A stretch of 37,588 nucleotides of DNA, taken from positions 1-37,588 of the IMG/VR virus record IMGVR_UViG_3300032280_000155; one strand, 5' to 3'. Of this stretch, positions 27,454 through 35,092 are shown one piece after another. The DNA is from a virus. Lineage: Duplodnaviria > Caudoviricetes. A program made the position numbers and the translations under genes. Positions within the stretch are counted from its first letter, which is position 1; every line of letters begins with the position of its first letter. Below the pieces are notes generated by a model, which did not search any database, was not told the origin of the DNA, and saw only the letters and a list, made by a program, of their open reading frames with translations.

Positions 27454-27674
27454 AACTGCTCCTCATCCATCCAGTGCTTAACTGGCGGTGTTTTAGGCAT
27501 AACAATCGATGCGAGGCGCTGAACAGGGGCGCGGTCTTCCTTGGCATGGTATGAGCAAAACGGGCGGCTTCCGTCCATTTTTACAACCCATCGGTCAGAG
27601 CATCCTGGGATGCTGCACATCAAATCCCCGTTATCCTGCACAGGGGCTTGGGTCTTAAAGTTGTTAAGTGCCAT
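27450..27674 (-). CDS. Small Cys/His zinc-finger-like protein
   Basis: CSIPGC...CSYH; start MALNNF with GAAGGA RBS. Confidence 0.6.
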   Translation of the reverse strand: MALNNFKTQAPVQDNGDLMCSIPGCSDRWVVKMDGSRPFCSYHAKEDRAPVQRLASIVMPKTPPVKHWMDEEQF

Positions 27675-28494
27675 GATATTTTCCTTCAATGATTTTGGCA
27701 AAGTTTGACGGTTTCAAAATCCACTCAAGATCGGCGGCAAAAGCCCGTCCGTCCTTGCCGTTGACTTTTCCGGTCAAAAACTTGGATGTCGAGATATGCC
27801 GGAAAAAGTCTGCCCACCAAGTTAAGACATCGTTGGCATCAATGGCCTTGGTTTGGGCTAGTTCCGTAGCCACCTCACGCCAGCGCTGTCTGAGATAGCC
27901 TTGTCTAGCAGCGTTCCAAACTTCAACTTTTCGTAAGGTTGGCAAGTGCTGGTGATACAGACTGATGACTTCTGTGTGTTTGCAATCAGGAATTTTGGAC
28001 TCAGGTTCACCGGCAGGTGGACATATATTGTTTTCTTTTGGAGATGAAGATGAAGATGAAGATGAAGATGAAGATGAAGATGAAGGGGTTGAGATTTGTT
28101 TATCCTCGTTTTGAACCTTCTGGTTATCCTCAAGGTTAACCTTCAGTGCTGGATTGCCACCCAATTTTCCACCCGCAGCACGGATTTCTCTAAGGTTTTC
28201 GTCTCTGACCATGCGCTTAGAAAAAATAGTGCCATCAGGTAGTGAGTCAAAGACGCCGGACTGCCCCAACTCATTCAACCAACCCTCGACATCCTGTAAG
28301 GTTGCACCGGCCATGCTTGCAAGGTTTGTCGGGAGGATAACCTTGTTGCCAACCTTCAGGTGTCCGTAAGGATTACCTTCGTGCATGTAGCAGATCATGT
28401 CAATCCACAATCCCCTAGCGCCCATTGAACAAGATCGTAAGGCCGTGTCTCGCAGCCAATCGGCTGGGTAAAACTGAAACGATGGTCGCTTCAT
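27664..28494 (-). CDS. Replication initiator (lambda O-like)
   Basis: RPSFQFYPADWL..L..CS..ARGLW N-terminal wHTH, low-complexity linker, C-terminal DLEWILKPSNFAKIIEGKY. Confidence 0.8.
   Translation of the reverse strand: MKRPSFQFYPADWLRDTALRSCSMGARGLWIDMICYMHEGNPYGHLKVGNKVILPTNLASMAGATLQDVEGWLNELGQSGVFDSLPDGTIFSKRMVRDENLREIRAAGGKLGGNPALKVNLEDNQKVQNEDKQISTPSSSSSSSSSSSSSSPKENNICPPAGEPESKIPDCKHTEVISLYHQHLPTLRKVEVWNAARQGYLRQRWREVATELAQTKAIDANDVLTWWADFFRHISTSKFLTGKVNGKDGRAFAADLEWILKPSNFAKIIEGKYHGT
28043..28084. repeat. (GATGAA)7 microsatellite encoding a poly-Ser linker
   Basis: Seven perfect copies read directly. Confidence 0.95.
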
Positions 28495-28512
28495 TGTTAA
28501 GTCTCCAAAAAA

Positions 28513-28610
28513 AAGACTTAGGCGGAACTCTCAGCTTTTTAGGCTGTTGGCGGACTGGGCAATACCAGCAGAGTTCCATCTAAGTCTTATTGCAATTCCC
28601 CGCCAAGGGA
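28513..28610 (-). ncRNA. C4/CI-like cloverleaf regulatory RNA in the initiator leader
   Basis: 19-bp closing stem with two inner hairpins and a U tract; CCGCCAA junction complementary to an upstream TTGGCGG loop. Confidence 0.55.
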
Positions 28611-28620
28611 TGCTCTCAGT

Positions 28621-28800
28621 CTAACTTAATTTTTGCGCTTCCGCAATCTGTTTCTTGAACTTCATTTCAAGCACCCGCTGCCAGCCTTTCGGCACTCCGC
28701 GCTGTCGCCAGTTCGAGACTACGTTCTGTTTTAGGTCTAGCATGTAGGCCAATCGCCCCGTACCGCCAGCAGCTTTTATTGCAATTTCCAAAATGTCCAT
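28621..28800 (-). CDS. Cro-like HTH regulator, 59 aa (not in ORF track)
   Basis: MDILEIAIKAAGGTGRLAYMLDLKQNVVSNWRQRGVPKGW...; first gene of the replication operon. Confidence 0.8.
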   Translation of the reverse strand: MDILEIAIKAAGGTGRLAYMLDLKQNVVSNWRQRGVPKGWQRVLEMKFKKQIAEAQKLS

Positions 28801-28806
28801 TGCCGC

Positions 28807-28908
28807 ACTCTATCACACTTGTGAGCGTTTGTGTTAGGGAAATCCCTAGTAAAAATAAATAAAAAAAGCCAAGAAAGTGCTTGCTAGGCTTCACGGTTGT
28901 GATAAAGT
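28807..28908. promoter_or_regulatory. Divergent early promoters with paired operators
   Basis: Rightward TTGCTA-16-TAAAGT; leftward TGaTAGAGT; TCAC-N4-GTGA palindromes at 28813-28824 and 28891-28902. Confidence 0.7.
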
Positions 28909-28915
28909 CCTATCC

Positions 28916-29043
28916 AACGCACAAGAAAGCGGAAAGACCAAACCCTGGCGATACGAGGGTGAAGCAGACAGGATGCAACAGGCGGGTCTAGGTGATGTTC
29001 ACCGTAGCTGATGGGTGCGTTAGGGAGAGCGAATCGTCGCTCT
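28916..29043 (+). ncRNA. Candidate structured leader RNA
   Basis: Nested helices starting at the predicted transcription start; no family recognised. Confidence 0.45.
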
Positions 29044-29069
29044 ATTTACTACTACAGGAGAGAAAGCAA

Positions 29070-29351
29070 ATGAGTAAACATACGCCAATCATTGATCGGC
29101 CACACCCAATTTTTTTAGACGGCTATCAAAAAGTCTACCGCTTTCCAAATGGTTACGGCGCATCCGTTATCCAGTCTTCATCGTCTTACGGTTTGGAGCT
29201 TGGTGTTGTTAAGTTCACTGGCGACAAATGGCACTTGACTTATGAAACACCAGTCACCGATGACGTTTTGGGAGATTTGACACCCGAGTTTTTAGAGCAG
29301 GCGCTTGATGACATCGCAGCACTTGCCAAAGCAGAAGGAGAAATGAAATGA
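29070..29351 (+). CDS. Conserved hypothetical phage protein
   Basis: ATG at 29070 with AGGAG RBS; YRFPNGYGASV...ELGV..YETPVTDDVLG motif. Confidence 0.75.
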   Translation: MSKHTPIIDRPHPIFLDGYQKVYRFPNGYGASVIQSSSSYGLELGVVKFTGDKWHLTYETPVTDDVLGDLTPEFLEQALDDIAALAKAEGEMK

Positions 29352-29683
29352 GCGAAGCAACAGATAAAGAACTTGAGCAATTTTGGGGTACGCCAGTGTC
29401 AGAGGCGCAATGGGCTAGAGCAACAGAGCGCCACGCCGAAGCGTATGACGAGGACGATTTGGCTGATGCAGTCTATGAAAACAGCACAGTCTTACTGGCC
29501 GCGCTTGCTGCTGGCGACACAATAAAAGTCGGCGCTGTACTGGCTGCCGCACGAACCAATACGATCAAGCGCAGGGTTGACATTGAGTTAACAGGGGAAA
29601 CCAAACTACCGATTAATCCGCATTTCCAAGCTATCGGGGAAATGTTAGCTGGTTTGACTATTCGCAAAGGGGAAAAAGCATGA
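29348..29683 (+). CDS. Hypothetical protein
   Basis: ATGA-coupled ORF with GGAG RBS. Confidence 0.7.
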   Translation: MSEATDKELEQFWGTPVSEAQWARATERHAEAYDEDDLADAVYENSTVLLAALAAGDTIKVGAVLAAARTNTIKRRVDIELTGETKLPINPHFQAIGEMLAGLTIRKGEKA

Positions 29684-29976
29684 AACCGCATAAACACGCA
29701 GCCTTAATAAAGGCTTGGGCAGATGGGGCTGAGATTGAGTACTTTGACATTGATTGTACTGATGTATGGCAAGCCGCCCCCAGCCCTGCTTGGTCAATTG
29801 ATAGCGAATACCGCATCAAGCCACAGCCAAAGCCGGATGTTGTTTTGTATACGCGCATAACAAATTGTGGCATTGCTCATTTGAGTGAACGAAAAAGCAT
29901 TGATTGTGGGCACAATCTTAAACTTACCATTTGTGGAGAGCATGGCTGGTTAGTATCAGCGGAGGTGATCGAATGA
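29680..29976 (+). CDS. Conserved hypothetical phage protein
   Basis: HAALIKAWADGAEIE...W..EYRIKP motif; coupled. Confidence 0.75.
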   Translation: MKPHKHAALIKAWADGAEIEYFDIDCTDVWQAAPSPAWSIDSEYRIKPQPKPDVVLYTRITNCGIAHLSERKSIDCGHNLKLTICGEHGWLVSAEVIE

Positions 29977-30140
29977 ACACAGACCGCAAATACCCGCGCA
30001 CACTGGTTGACGCTTTTGGCCCATACGAAGGGGGGGGGTTGTACACCAAGCCCGAACCCTTGCACAAACATGACCGCATTGTCCTGATCGGCTCTGGTGT
30101 TGCTTTTGTGGTTGTCTTTGTTTTGATGGTGGTGCTATGA
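29973..30140 (+). CDS. Small membrane-anchored protein
   Basis: GGAGG RBS; KYPRTLVDAFGPY motif; C-terminal TM helix. Confidence 0.7.
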   Translation: MNTDRKYPRTLVDAFGPYEGGGLYTKPEPLHKHDRIVLIGSGVAFVVVFVLMVVL

Positions 30141-30349
30141 ACTGCTGTTCAGATTCCGGCCAATGCACTCAAGGTCAAGACTGCCCTGCTCGCAAGGCTG
30201 ATGCTGCACTTGTAGCCAGGATTAAAGCCAGCCAGCCAGCACCAGTAGCACAGGAAAGCGAGAACATCAAGGAATTGCTTTTCGTTGTAATCGGTGCGGA
30301 ATTGATAGCTGCAATTTGTATTGGTATGTTTATTTTTGGAGGCAAATAA
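30137..30349 (+). CDS. Small Cys-rich membrane-anchored protein
   Basis: MNCC..GQCTQGQDCPAR motif and C-terminal TM helix. Confidence 0.7.
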   Translation: MNCCSDSGQCTQGQDCPARKADAALVARIKASQPAPVAQESENIKELLFVVIGAELIAAICIGMFIFGGK

Positions 30350-30483
30350 TGACTGAACAAGACCTGTACGCAATGGGACAAGAATCGCCCACTGCTTATC
30401 TGTGCATGAGGGAACTGTGCAAGGCATTTGACTTGCCCTACCCACCTAAACAAAATCCTGAACCGGAAGGACAATCGAAATGA
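30349..30483 (+). CDS. Small hypothetical protein, 44 aa (not in ORF track)
   Basis: GGAGG RBS; TAATG and ATGA overlaps. Confidence 0.65.
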   Translation: MTEQDLYAMGQESPTAYLCMRELCKAFDLPYPPKQNPEPEGQSK

Positions 30484-31040
30484 AAACAAGCGAAACCATC
30501 AACAAAATTACGCCAGCTTTGCTTAAGGCGCAGCGCGAAATGACCTTTGCTGTGAAGGACTCTAAAAACCCTCACTTTAAGTCAACCTATGCCGATTTGT
30601 CTTCTGTGATTGACGCTTGTAAACCCGCGCTAAATGAGGCTGGCATTGTGTTCATGCAGATGCCGTCTCCTAGTGAACATGGGTCAATTTCCCTTACAAC
30701 CCGTCTTATCCATGAGTCCGGCGAATGGATTGAGTCTACGGCCACTTGCCCGCTACCAAAGAACGACCCTCAGGGCTACGGCAGTGCTTTGACCTATTTG
30801 CGTAGGTACTCGCTTGCTGCTGCCACTGGGCTTTACCAGGACGATGATGACGGTAACGCAGCACGGCCAGATTTGGCGGCTATTCTGCGCGGTATCGCTA
30901 ACAGTGCAGACCAAAAGATTCTCAAGGCAAACTTTGACAGTGCTTTGTCAATGCTTGGCCGCGAGCATCATGAAGACATCCGTAGCGCTGCAAACAAACG
31001 GCGCGAAGAATTCATTAACTTACAGAAATCAGCAGCATGA
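30480..31040 (+). CDS. erf: ERF-family ssDNA annealing protein
   Basis: KNPHFKSTYADL, LIHESGEWIES and GSALTYLRRYSL...DDDG motifs. Confidence 0.9.
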   Translation: MKTSETINKITPALLKAQREMTFAVKDSKNPHFKSTYADLSSVIDACKPALNEAGIVFMQMPSPSEHGSISLTTRLIHESGEWIESTATCPLPKNDPQGYGSALTYLRRYSLAAATGLYQDDDDGNAARPDLAAILRGIANSADQKILKANFDSALSMLGREHHEDIRSAANKRREEFINLQKSAA

Positions 31041-31381
31041 CCTACGACCGCACAAACACCGGCCTCCTATCCCGCAATGACCGCAAGGAAAAAGATAGCC
31101 ACCCCGACTTTAAAGGCCAGATCAATGTCGCTGGCGTGGAATACTGGCTATCGGGTTGGGTCAAAGAGCGCAAGGACGGAACAGGCAAGTTCTTTAGCCT
31201 GTCAGTCTCGCCCAAGAACGCAAGCGGAGCGCCAGCCCGAACCTCAGCGCTAACATCAAAGCCAGCGCCTTCTAGCGGGTTTGATGATATGCCGGACTCA
31301 GATATCCCATTCATTTCTAGCGCCTTTGCATGCGATACTGCGACTAGTAAGGCTCGCAGAATGGCTCGGTACGACTACTGA
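31037..31381 (+). CDS. ssDNA-binding-like protein
   Basis: HPDFKG.I...EYWLSGW core and acidic DSDIPF motif; follows ERF. Confidence 0.65.
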   Translation: MTYDRTNTGLLSRNDRKEKDSHPDFKGQINVAGVEYWLSGWVKERKDGTGKFFSLSVSPKNASGAPARTSALTSKPAPSSGFDDMPDSDIPFISSAFACDTATSKARRMARYDY

Positions 31382-31496
31382 GTTAACCTTTAACGGCGGT
31401 AAAGAGCAATGCGTGGCTTTCTTTAATACAACACGCAAAGCTGCTGATGTAGTAGCAGCACCGCCACCCTTTACTTTTTGAACAAGGAGATAGCAA

Positions 31497-31751
31497 ATGA
31501 GCGAGCAGCAAGCACAATGGCAACCAATTGAAACAGCGCCGAAGGATGGAACAAACGTGCTTTTGTTTGGTTTGTGGGCTGGAGAAATTCATGGGGTGCA
31601 TGATTGCCCAAGCATGGAAATTGGATATTTTAGTGACGGGAGCGATTACGAAGGATTTGATTGGGTTGCAACGGGGGGCGATTACTATTGCACATGGGGA
31701 AAGCCTACTCATTGGATGCCGTTACCTGATGCACCAAAGGATAAAGCATGA
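31497..31751 (+). CDS. DUF551-like protein
   Basis: WQPIETAPKDGT...PTHWMPLPDAP. Confidence 0.85.
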   Translation: MSEQQAQWQPIETAPKDGTNVLLFGLWAGEIHGVHDCPSMEIGYFSDGSDYEGFDWVATGGDYYCTWGKPTHWMPLPDAPKDKA

Positions 31752-32257
31752 GTGCCCTCTTTCAGCTAACCAACCAGTACCTAGCCCTAGCTGAGAAGCT
31801 AGCCGAAGGTGACTTTGATCTTCAAACCATTGAAGACACGATAGAAGCTAGTGGAATTAAAGATGAACTGGCTATAAAGGCTCAGGGCTGCGAATTTATC
31901 GCGCGGGGGGCATTGGCTCACCACGATGCAATTGACGCTGAGATAGCCCGTTTAACGGCTTTAAAGGCTAGCCGTGACAAAACAGCACAGGCTATGCGCG
32001 ATTACGTCAAAAGAGAAATGGAACGTGCGGGGATTGAAAAGATTAACTGCCCACTTTTTAAGCTGAGCATCAAGAAAAACCCACCATCCGTAGAAGTGAT
32101 TGACCCGCTTTCTTTGGCTACGGAGTTTTGGACTTTGCCCGAACCTAAACCACCTGTAGCTGTGCCTAATAAAGTCAAGATCAAGCTAGCATTTCAAGCT
32201 GGTGAAGATGTTATCGGAGCAAGGCTAGTAACTAACACACGATTGGAGATTAAATGA
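31748..32257 (+). CDS. Siphovirus Gp157-family protein
   Basis: LFQL...DT.E..K...IDAEIARL...LSIKKNPPSV...GA.L pattern. Confidence 0.85.
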   Translation: MSALFQLTNQYLALAEKLAEGDFDLQTIEDTIEASGIKDELAIKAQGCEFIARGALAHHDAIDAEIARLTALKASRDKTAQAMRDYVKREMERAGIEKINCPLFKLSIKKNPPSVEVIDPLSLATEFWTLPEPKPPVAVPNKVKIKLAFQAGEDVIGARLVTNTRLEIK

Positions 32258-32583
32258 CTAAAGAAACAGAAGCACAGCCAGTGCAGGAGCCAATAGCCAA
32301 AGTCTGCCACGACCTTGAAGGTCACATTGGCTGGAATCCAACAGCACAGGTGAACGAGTTTCCCGAGGGCATGGAATTGTTTGCTGCACCCCTGCCAGTG
32401 CAGCCAGTGCAATGTAATTATCCCGATTGCAAGTGCTCAACAGAAAATCATTGCTTAAAAGGGTTGGCACAGCCAGAGGAACGCAACTTCTGCCCAAGGT
32501 GCGGCAAGCGCACTGCTGACCTGACCACAATTCACACATGCACACCGCCCCTGCCAGTGCAGCCAGAGCGCAATAAAGTGTGA
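32254..32583 (+). CDS. Mosaic hypothetical protein with PVQP repeats and Cys modules
   Basis: GGAG RBS; ERNFCPRCGKR...IHTCTP module. Confidence 0.65.
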   Translation: MTKETEAQPVQEPIAKVCHDLEGHIGWNPTAQVNEFPEGMELFAAPLPVQPVQCNYPDCKCSTENHCLKGLAQPEERNFCPRCGKRTADLTTIHTCTPPLPVQPERNKV

Positions 32584-32634
32584 AGAAGCTGCAAAACAAT
32601 TAAACCTAGAGCAACGATATCGTTGCGTACAAAA

Positions 32635-32922
32635 ATGAGCAACACAATAGAAGAACGCAATGCAATGGCTGACATGGCTCAGGGGGCTGGCTATCACATC
32701 ACCCATATCGTACACATCATTGACTACATGGTAGATTTTGACAAGGCAACTAAAGGAATGCCGCGGGACAAAAAGCTAAAGCTATTGGAAGAAAATCGGT
32801 GGCTAGGCGGCGAGGATTTCAAACGCTATGACGCGCATCTTTCCTGGCTAGATATTCTTGACATGGATAAAGAGGAATGGAACAAAATCATGGATCAAGT
32901 TAGGGAAATGCGGGGGTATTAA
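32635..32922 (+). CDS. Hypothetical protein (start uncertain)
   Basis: ORF on the operon strand. Confidence 0.6.
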   Translation: MSNTIEERNAMADMAQGAGYHITHIVHIIDYMVDFDKATKGMPRDKKLKLLEENRWLGGEDFKRYDAHLSWLDILDMDKEEWNKIMDQVREMRGY

Positions 32923-32924
32923 GC

Positions 32925-33170
32925 ATGAGAATAATAATTGAGAAGGTTTCTGAAGAAAAATGGGGAGCGCCTTATATTGCTCGCTCTGTAGAAACTAAAG
33001 ACAAAAAAGAGTATCTTAGACTATTAAGAGAGCCTACAGAATATGAAAGTTTCCACATTCTGGACGCTGAGTATTATCACAAAGAAAAAATCTCTGAAGT
33101 GGTGTTTCCCTGTGGATCATTAACCAAGACAAGAGATGAATTTACAAACATAAGGAGTGGATTCCCTTGA
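32925..33170 (+). CDS. Hypothetical protein, paralog 1
   Basis: Shares motifs with the next ORF. Confidence 0.65.
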   Translation: MRIIIEKVSEEKWGAPYIARSVETKDKKEYLRLLREPTEYESFHILDAEYYHKEKISEVVFPCGSLTKTRDEFTNIRSGFP

Positions 33171-33496
33171 AAGTTTTTTATAACAAGTTGCCTAAAGAAT
33201 GGTTTTCTGCAAGTTGGCCTAACTATGTAGCTAGGGCTGTTGACACAACGGGTAAATGGGAATTTGTTAACCATGTGCAATCTTTTGATGCCTTACCCAA
33301 GTTCATAGGGGTAGCAGAAAAAGTACTGAAAGAGCAATGCACTGAAGTGGTGTTTCACAATGGTCTATGGACTAAGACAAGAGAGGAAATAATTGCAATC
33401 GCACCCGAGGCTTTTTACGGATTTCCTCACGGTGCGGTAAGTGCGTCCAAAGTCGGCGGCAATGACTTGACAGTCGGGGAGAGACCCGAACCATGA
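33167..33496 (+). CDS. Hypothetical protein, paralog 2
   Basis: TTG start overlapping the upstream stop; shares motifs with the previous ORF. Confidence 0.65.
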   Translation: MKVFYNKLPKEWFSASWPNYVARAVDTTGKWEFVNHVQSFDALPKFIGVAEKVLKEQCTEVVFHNGLWTKTREEIIAIAPEAFYGFPHGAVSASKVGGNDLTVGERPEP

Positions 33497-33720
33497 AATG
33501 CCCCGTATGTAATGTCTGGACAACCGTTAACGACACTCGGAATAAAGAAGGGTTTACACTACGCCGCAGAGAGTGCGGAAATGGACATAAATTTACAACG
33601 GAAGAACATGTCAAACTTCAAAACATGGTCGCAGGAAAATCTAGCAGAATTCGCCCACCAAGCGAACGAAAAGATGATCCAGCAGAACGAGAGGATACAG
33701 GAGCTACAGCGCGATCTTAA
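33493..33720 (+). CDS. NrdR-N-like zinc-ribbon protein
   Basis: MKCPVC...DTR...RRRECGNGHKFTTEE. Confidence 0.75.
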   Translation: MKCPVCNVWTTVNDTRNKEGFTLRRRECGNGHKFTTEEHVKLQNMVAGKSSRIRPPSERKDDPAEREDTGATARS

Positions 33721-33826
33721 AGATGCATTAGCTGCTTATCGGCAGCTAAACTGCCAGATACAACCCGATGTTGGCAAAAGCATAACCAGCGTAAACAACG
33801 CCCATCGGGATGTTTCCCTTAAATAG
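33608..33826 (+). CDS. Hypothetical coiled-coil protein (overlapping)
   Basis: MSNFKTWSQENLAEFA...LQRDLKDALAAYR. Confidence 0.5.
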   Translation: MSNFKTWSQENLAEFAHQANEKMIQQNERIQELQRDLKDALAAYRQLNCQIQPDVGKSITSVNNAHRDVSLK

Positions 33827-33886
33827 CTGTTCTACGGCAATGCCAGCGTAGATTACAGTGACAATAATGATTAGCCAGCCACTCAT
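33746..33886 (-). CDS. Small membrane protein, 46 aa (not in ORF track)
   Basis: MSGWLIIIVTVIYAGIAVEQLFKGNIPMGVVYAGYAFANIGLYLAV. Confidence 0.6.
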   Translation of the reverse strand: MSGWLIIIVTVIYAGIAVEQLFKGNIPMGVVYAGYAFANIGLYLAV

Positions 33887-33931
33887 AACATACTTATTTT
33901 TAGCTTGATGCTACCAATTTTTGGCACATGT

Positions 33932-35092
33932 TCATTGCAGCATTTCTGGCGTAACAGTTGTTCTGCTGACTTGACCGTATTCCGCATGGTAAGTAATGGC
34001 CGTAACTGATCGTTCTGAAATCCAGCCACCCCTAGCGGCGTACGCGTCCCGCGCTGCCAATGTTGGATGTTGAATAACGGTAATGCCGCTATGCTCTTTT
34101 TCTTCGGTGTGGTGGCGGTGGCCGGTGTGACAGTAGCGCTTGACCGTATCGCCCCAAAGTTTGGGGAATTGGCTAGCAAACAGAATCGGCAATTGGTCGT
34201 TCTTTTTCATGTGGCCGTGGTGAAAGGCTAACAAGGTTTTGCCGTGCTGATAGGCGTAATAAGGTAGTTCAGAGTCAACCACTTCTACCCTTGGCTCGTT
34301 CTCATAAAGGGCGCGAAACATCACTCTGAGCCAGACAGATGAAGCGATGTCGTGGTTTCCCTCTGCCATAAGAACAACAACCTTTTCATGCTTGGCAAGT
34401 GCTAAGTCAACAACACGGCGAAGAACCCTAACGGCTACTGTTACCATTTGGCTAAATCGTCCGTCAGCGTCAAGCACATGGCCGCTTTGTGGTGTTACCG
34501 GCGCGGTAGCAGAGTCATAATGCAAAAAATCACCAAGTTGGTTGACAAACCCAATCTTTGCATTAGGTGAAGACTGAACCATTTGAGCAAAGCATCCAAC
34601 TAAAGTGGATTCTGCAATTTTTAAATCCCAATCAGCACCACCTTCTTTACGCCAAGCCAACATACCAACATGGCTATCCGTAAGTGTATACAGGGTAGCG
34701 AGTTGAGCTATTGACACGTTAGGCGGGGTAACTGGGTCGAGCCTTGGTAGTTCGTCAGACATGGCTTCGGCGGCGGCTCGCATAGCCGCTTCGCGCTGTT
34801 CATCGTCTGCCCCCGCCTTTACCCACTGGCCTTTTAGCTTGCCATCCACATCGTAGTAGCTGCTAACACCACGCACGGTGAATCCAGGCGGCACGGTTTT
34901 AGTCATGCCGTGTGAGGGTGCGTAACCCATCTTGGCGGCATACATCCGCAAAGACCTTATTGACCTATCTACTGCACGGCGATTGACACCTAATGCTTTA
35001 GCTGCTTGAGTATTATTGCCGTACTTTTCAATAGCCTCTAAGTACTCAAGCTGGCGAACTGTGGCATAAGAGGCAAGTTGAGCATCGATCAT
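33932..35092 (-). CDS. HTH-fused calcineurin-like metallophosphoesterase
   Basis: DSH, GD, GNHD, HHGH and GHRH motifs; N-terminal TQAAKALGVNRRAV HTH. Confidence 0.8.
   Translation of the reverse strand: MIDAQLASYATVRQLEYLEAIEKYGNNTQAAKALGVNRRAVDRSIRSLRMYAAKMGYAPSHGMTKTVPPGFTVRGVSSYYDVDGKLKGQWVKAGADDEQREAAMRAAAEAMSDELPRLDPVTPPNVSIAQLATLYTLTDSHVGMLAWRKEGGADWDLKIAESTLVGCFAQMVQSSPNAKIGFVNQLGDFLHYDSATAPVTPQSGHVLDADGRFSQMVTVAVRVLRRVVDLALAKHEKVVVLMAEGNHDIASSVWLRVMFRALYENEPRVEVVDSELPYYAYQHGKTLLAFHHGHMKKNDQLPILFASQFPKLWGDTVKRYCHTGHRHHTEEKEHSGITVIQHPTLAARDAYAARGGWISERSVTAITYHAEYGQVSRTTVTPEMLQ

Noticed and set aside
27858-28133. His-Leu repeat ORF
   Set aside because: Alternate-frame reading of the (GATGAA)7 repeat
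28916-29021. Hammerhead ribozyme
   Set aside because: CTGATGG and GAAA are present, but the core deviates from CUGANGA and the stem arrangement does not fit
33493-33720. Full NrdR repressor
   Set aside because: Only the zinc ribbon is present; there is no ATP-cone domain
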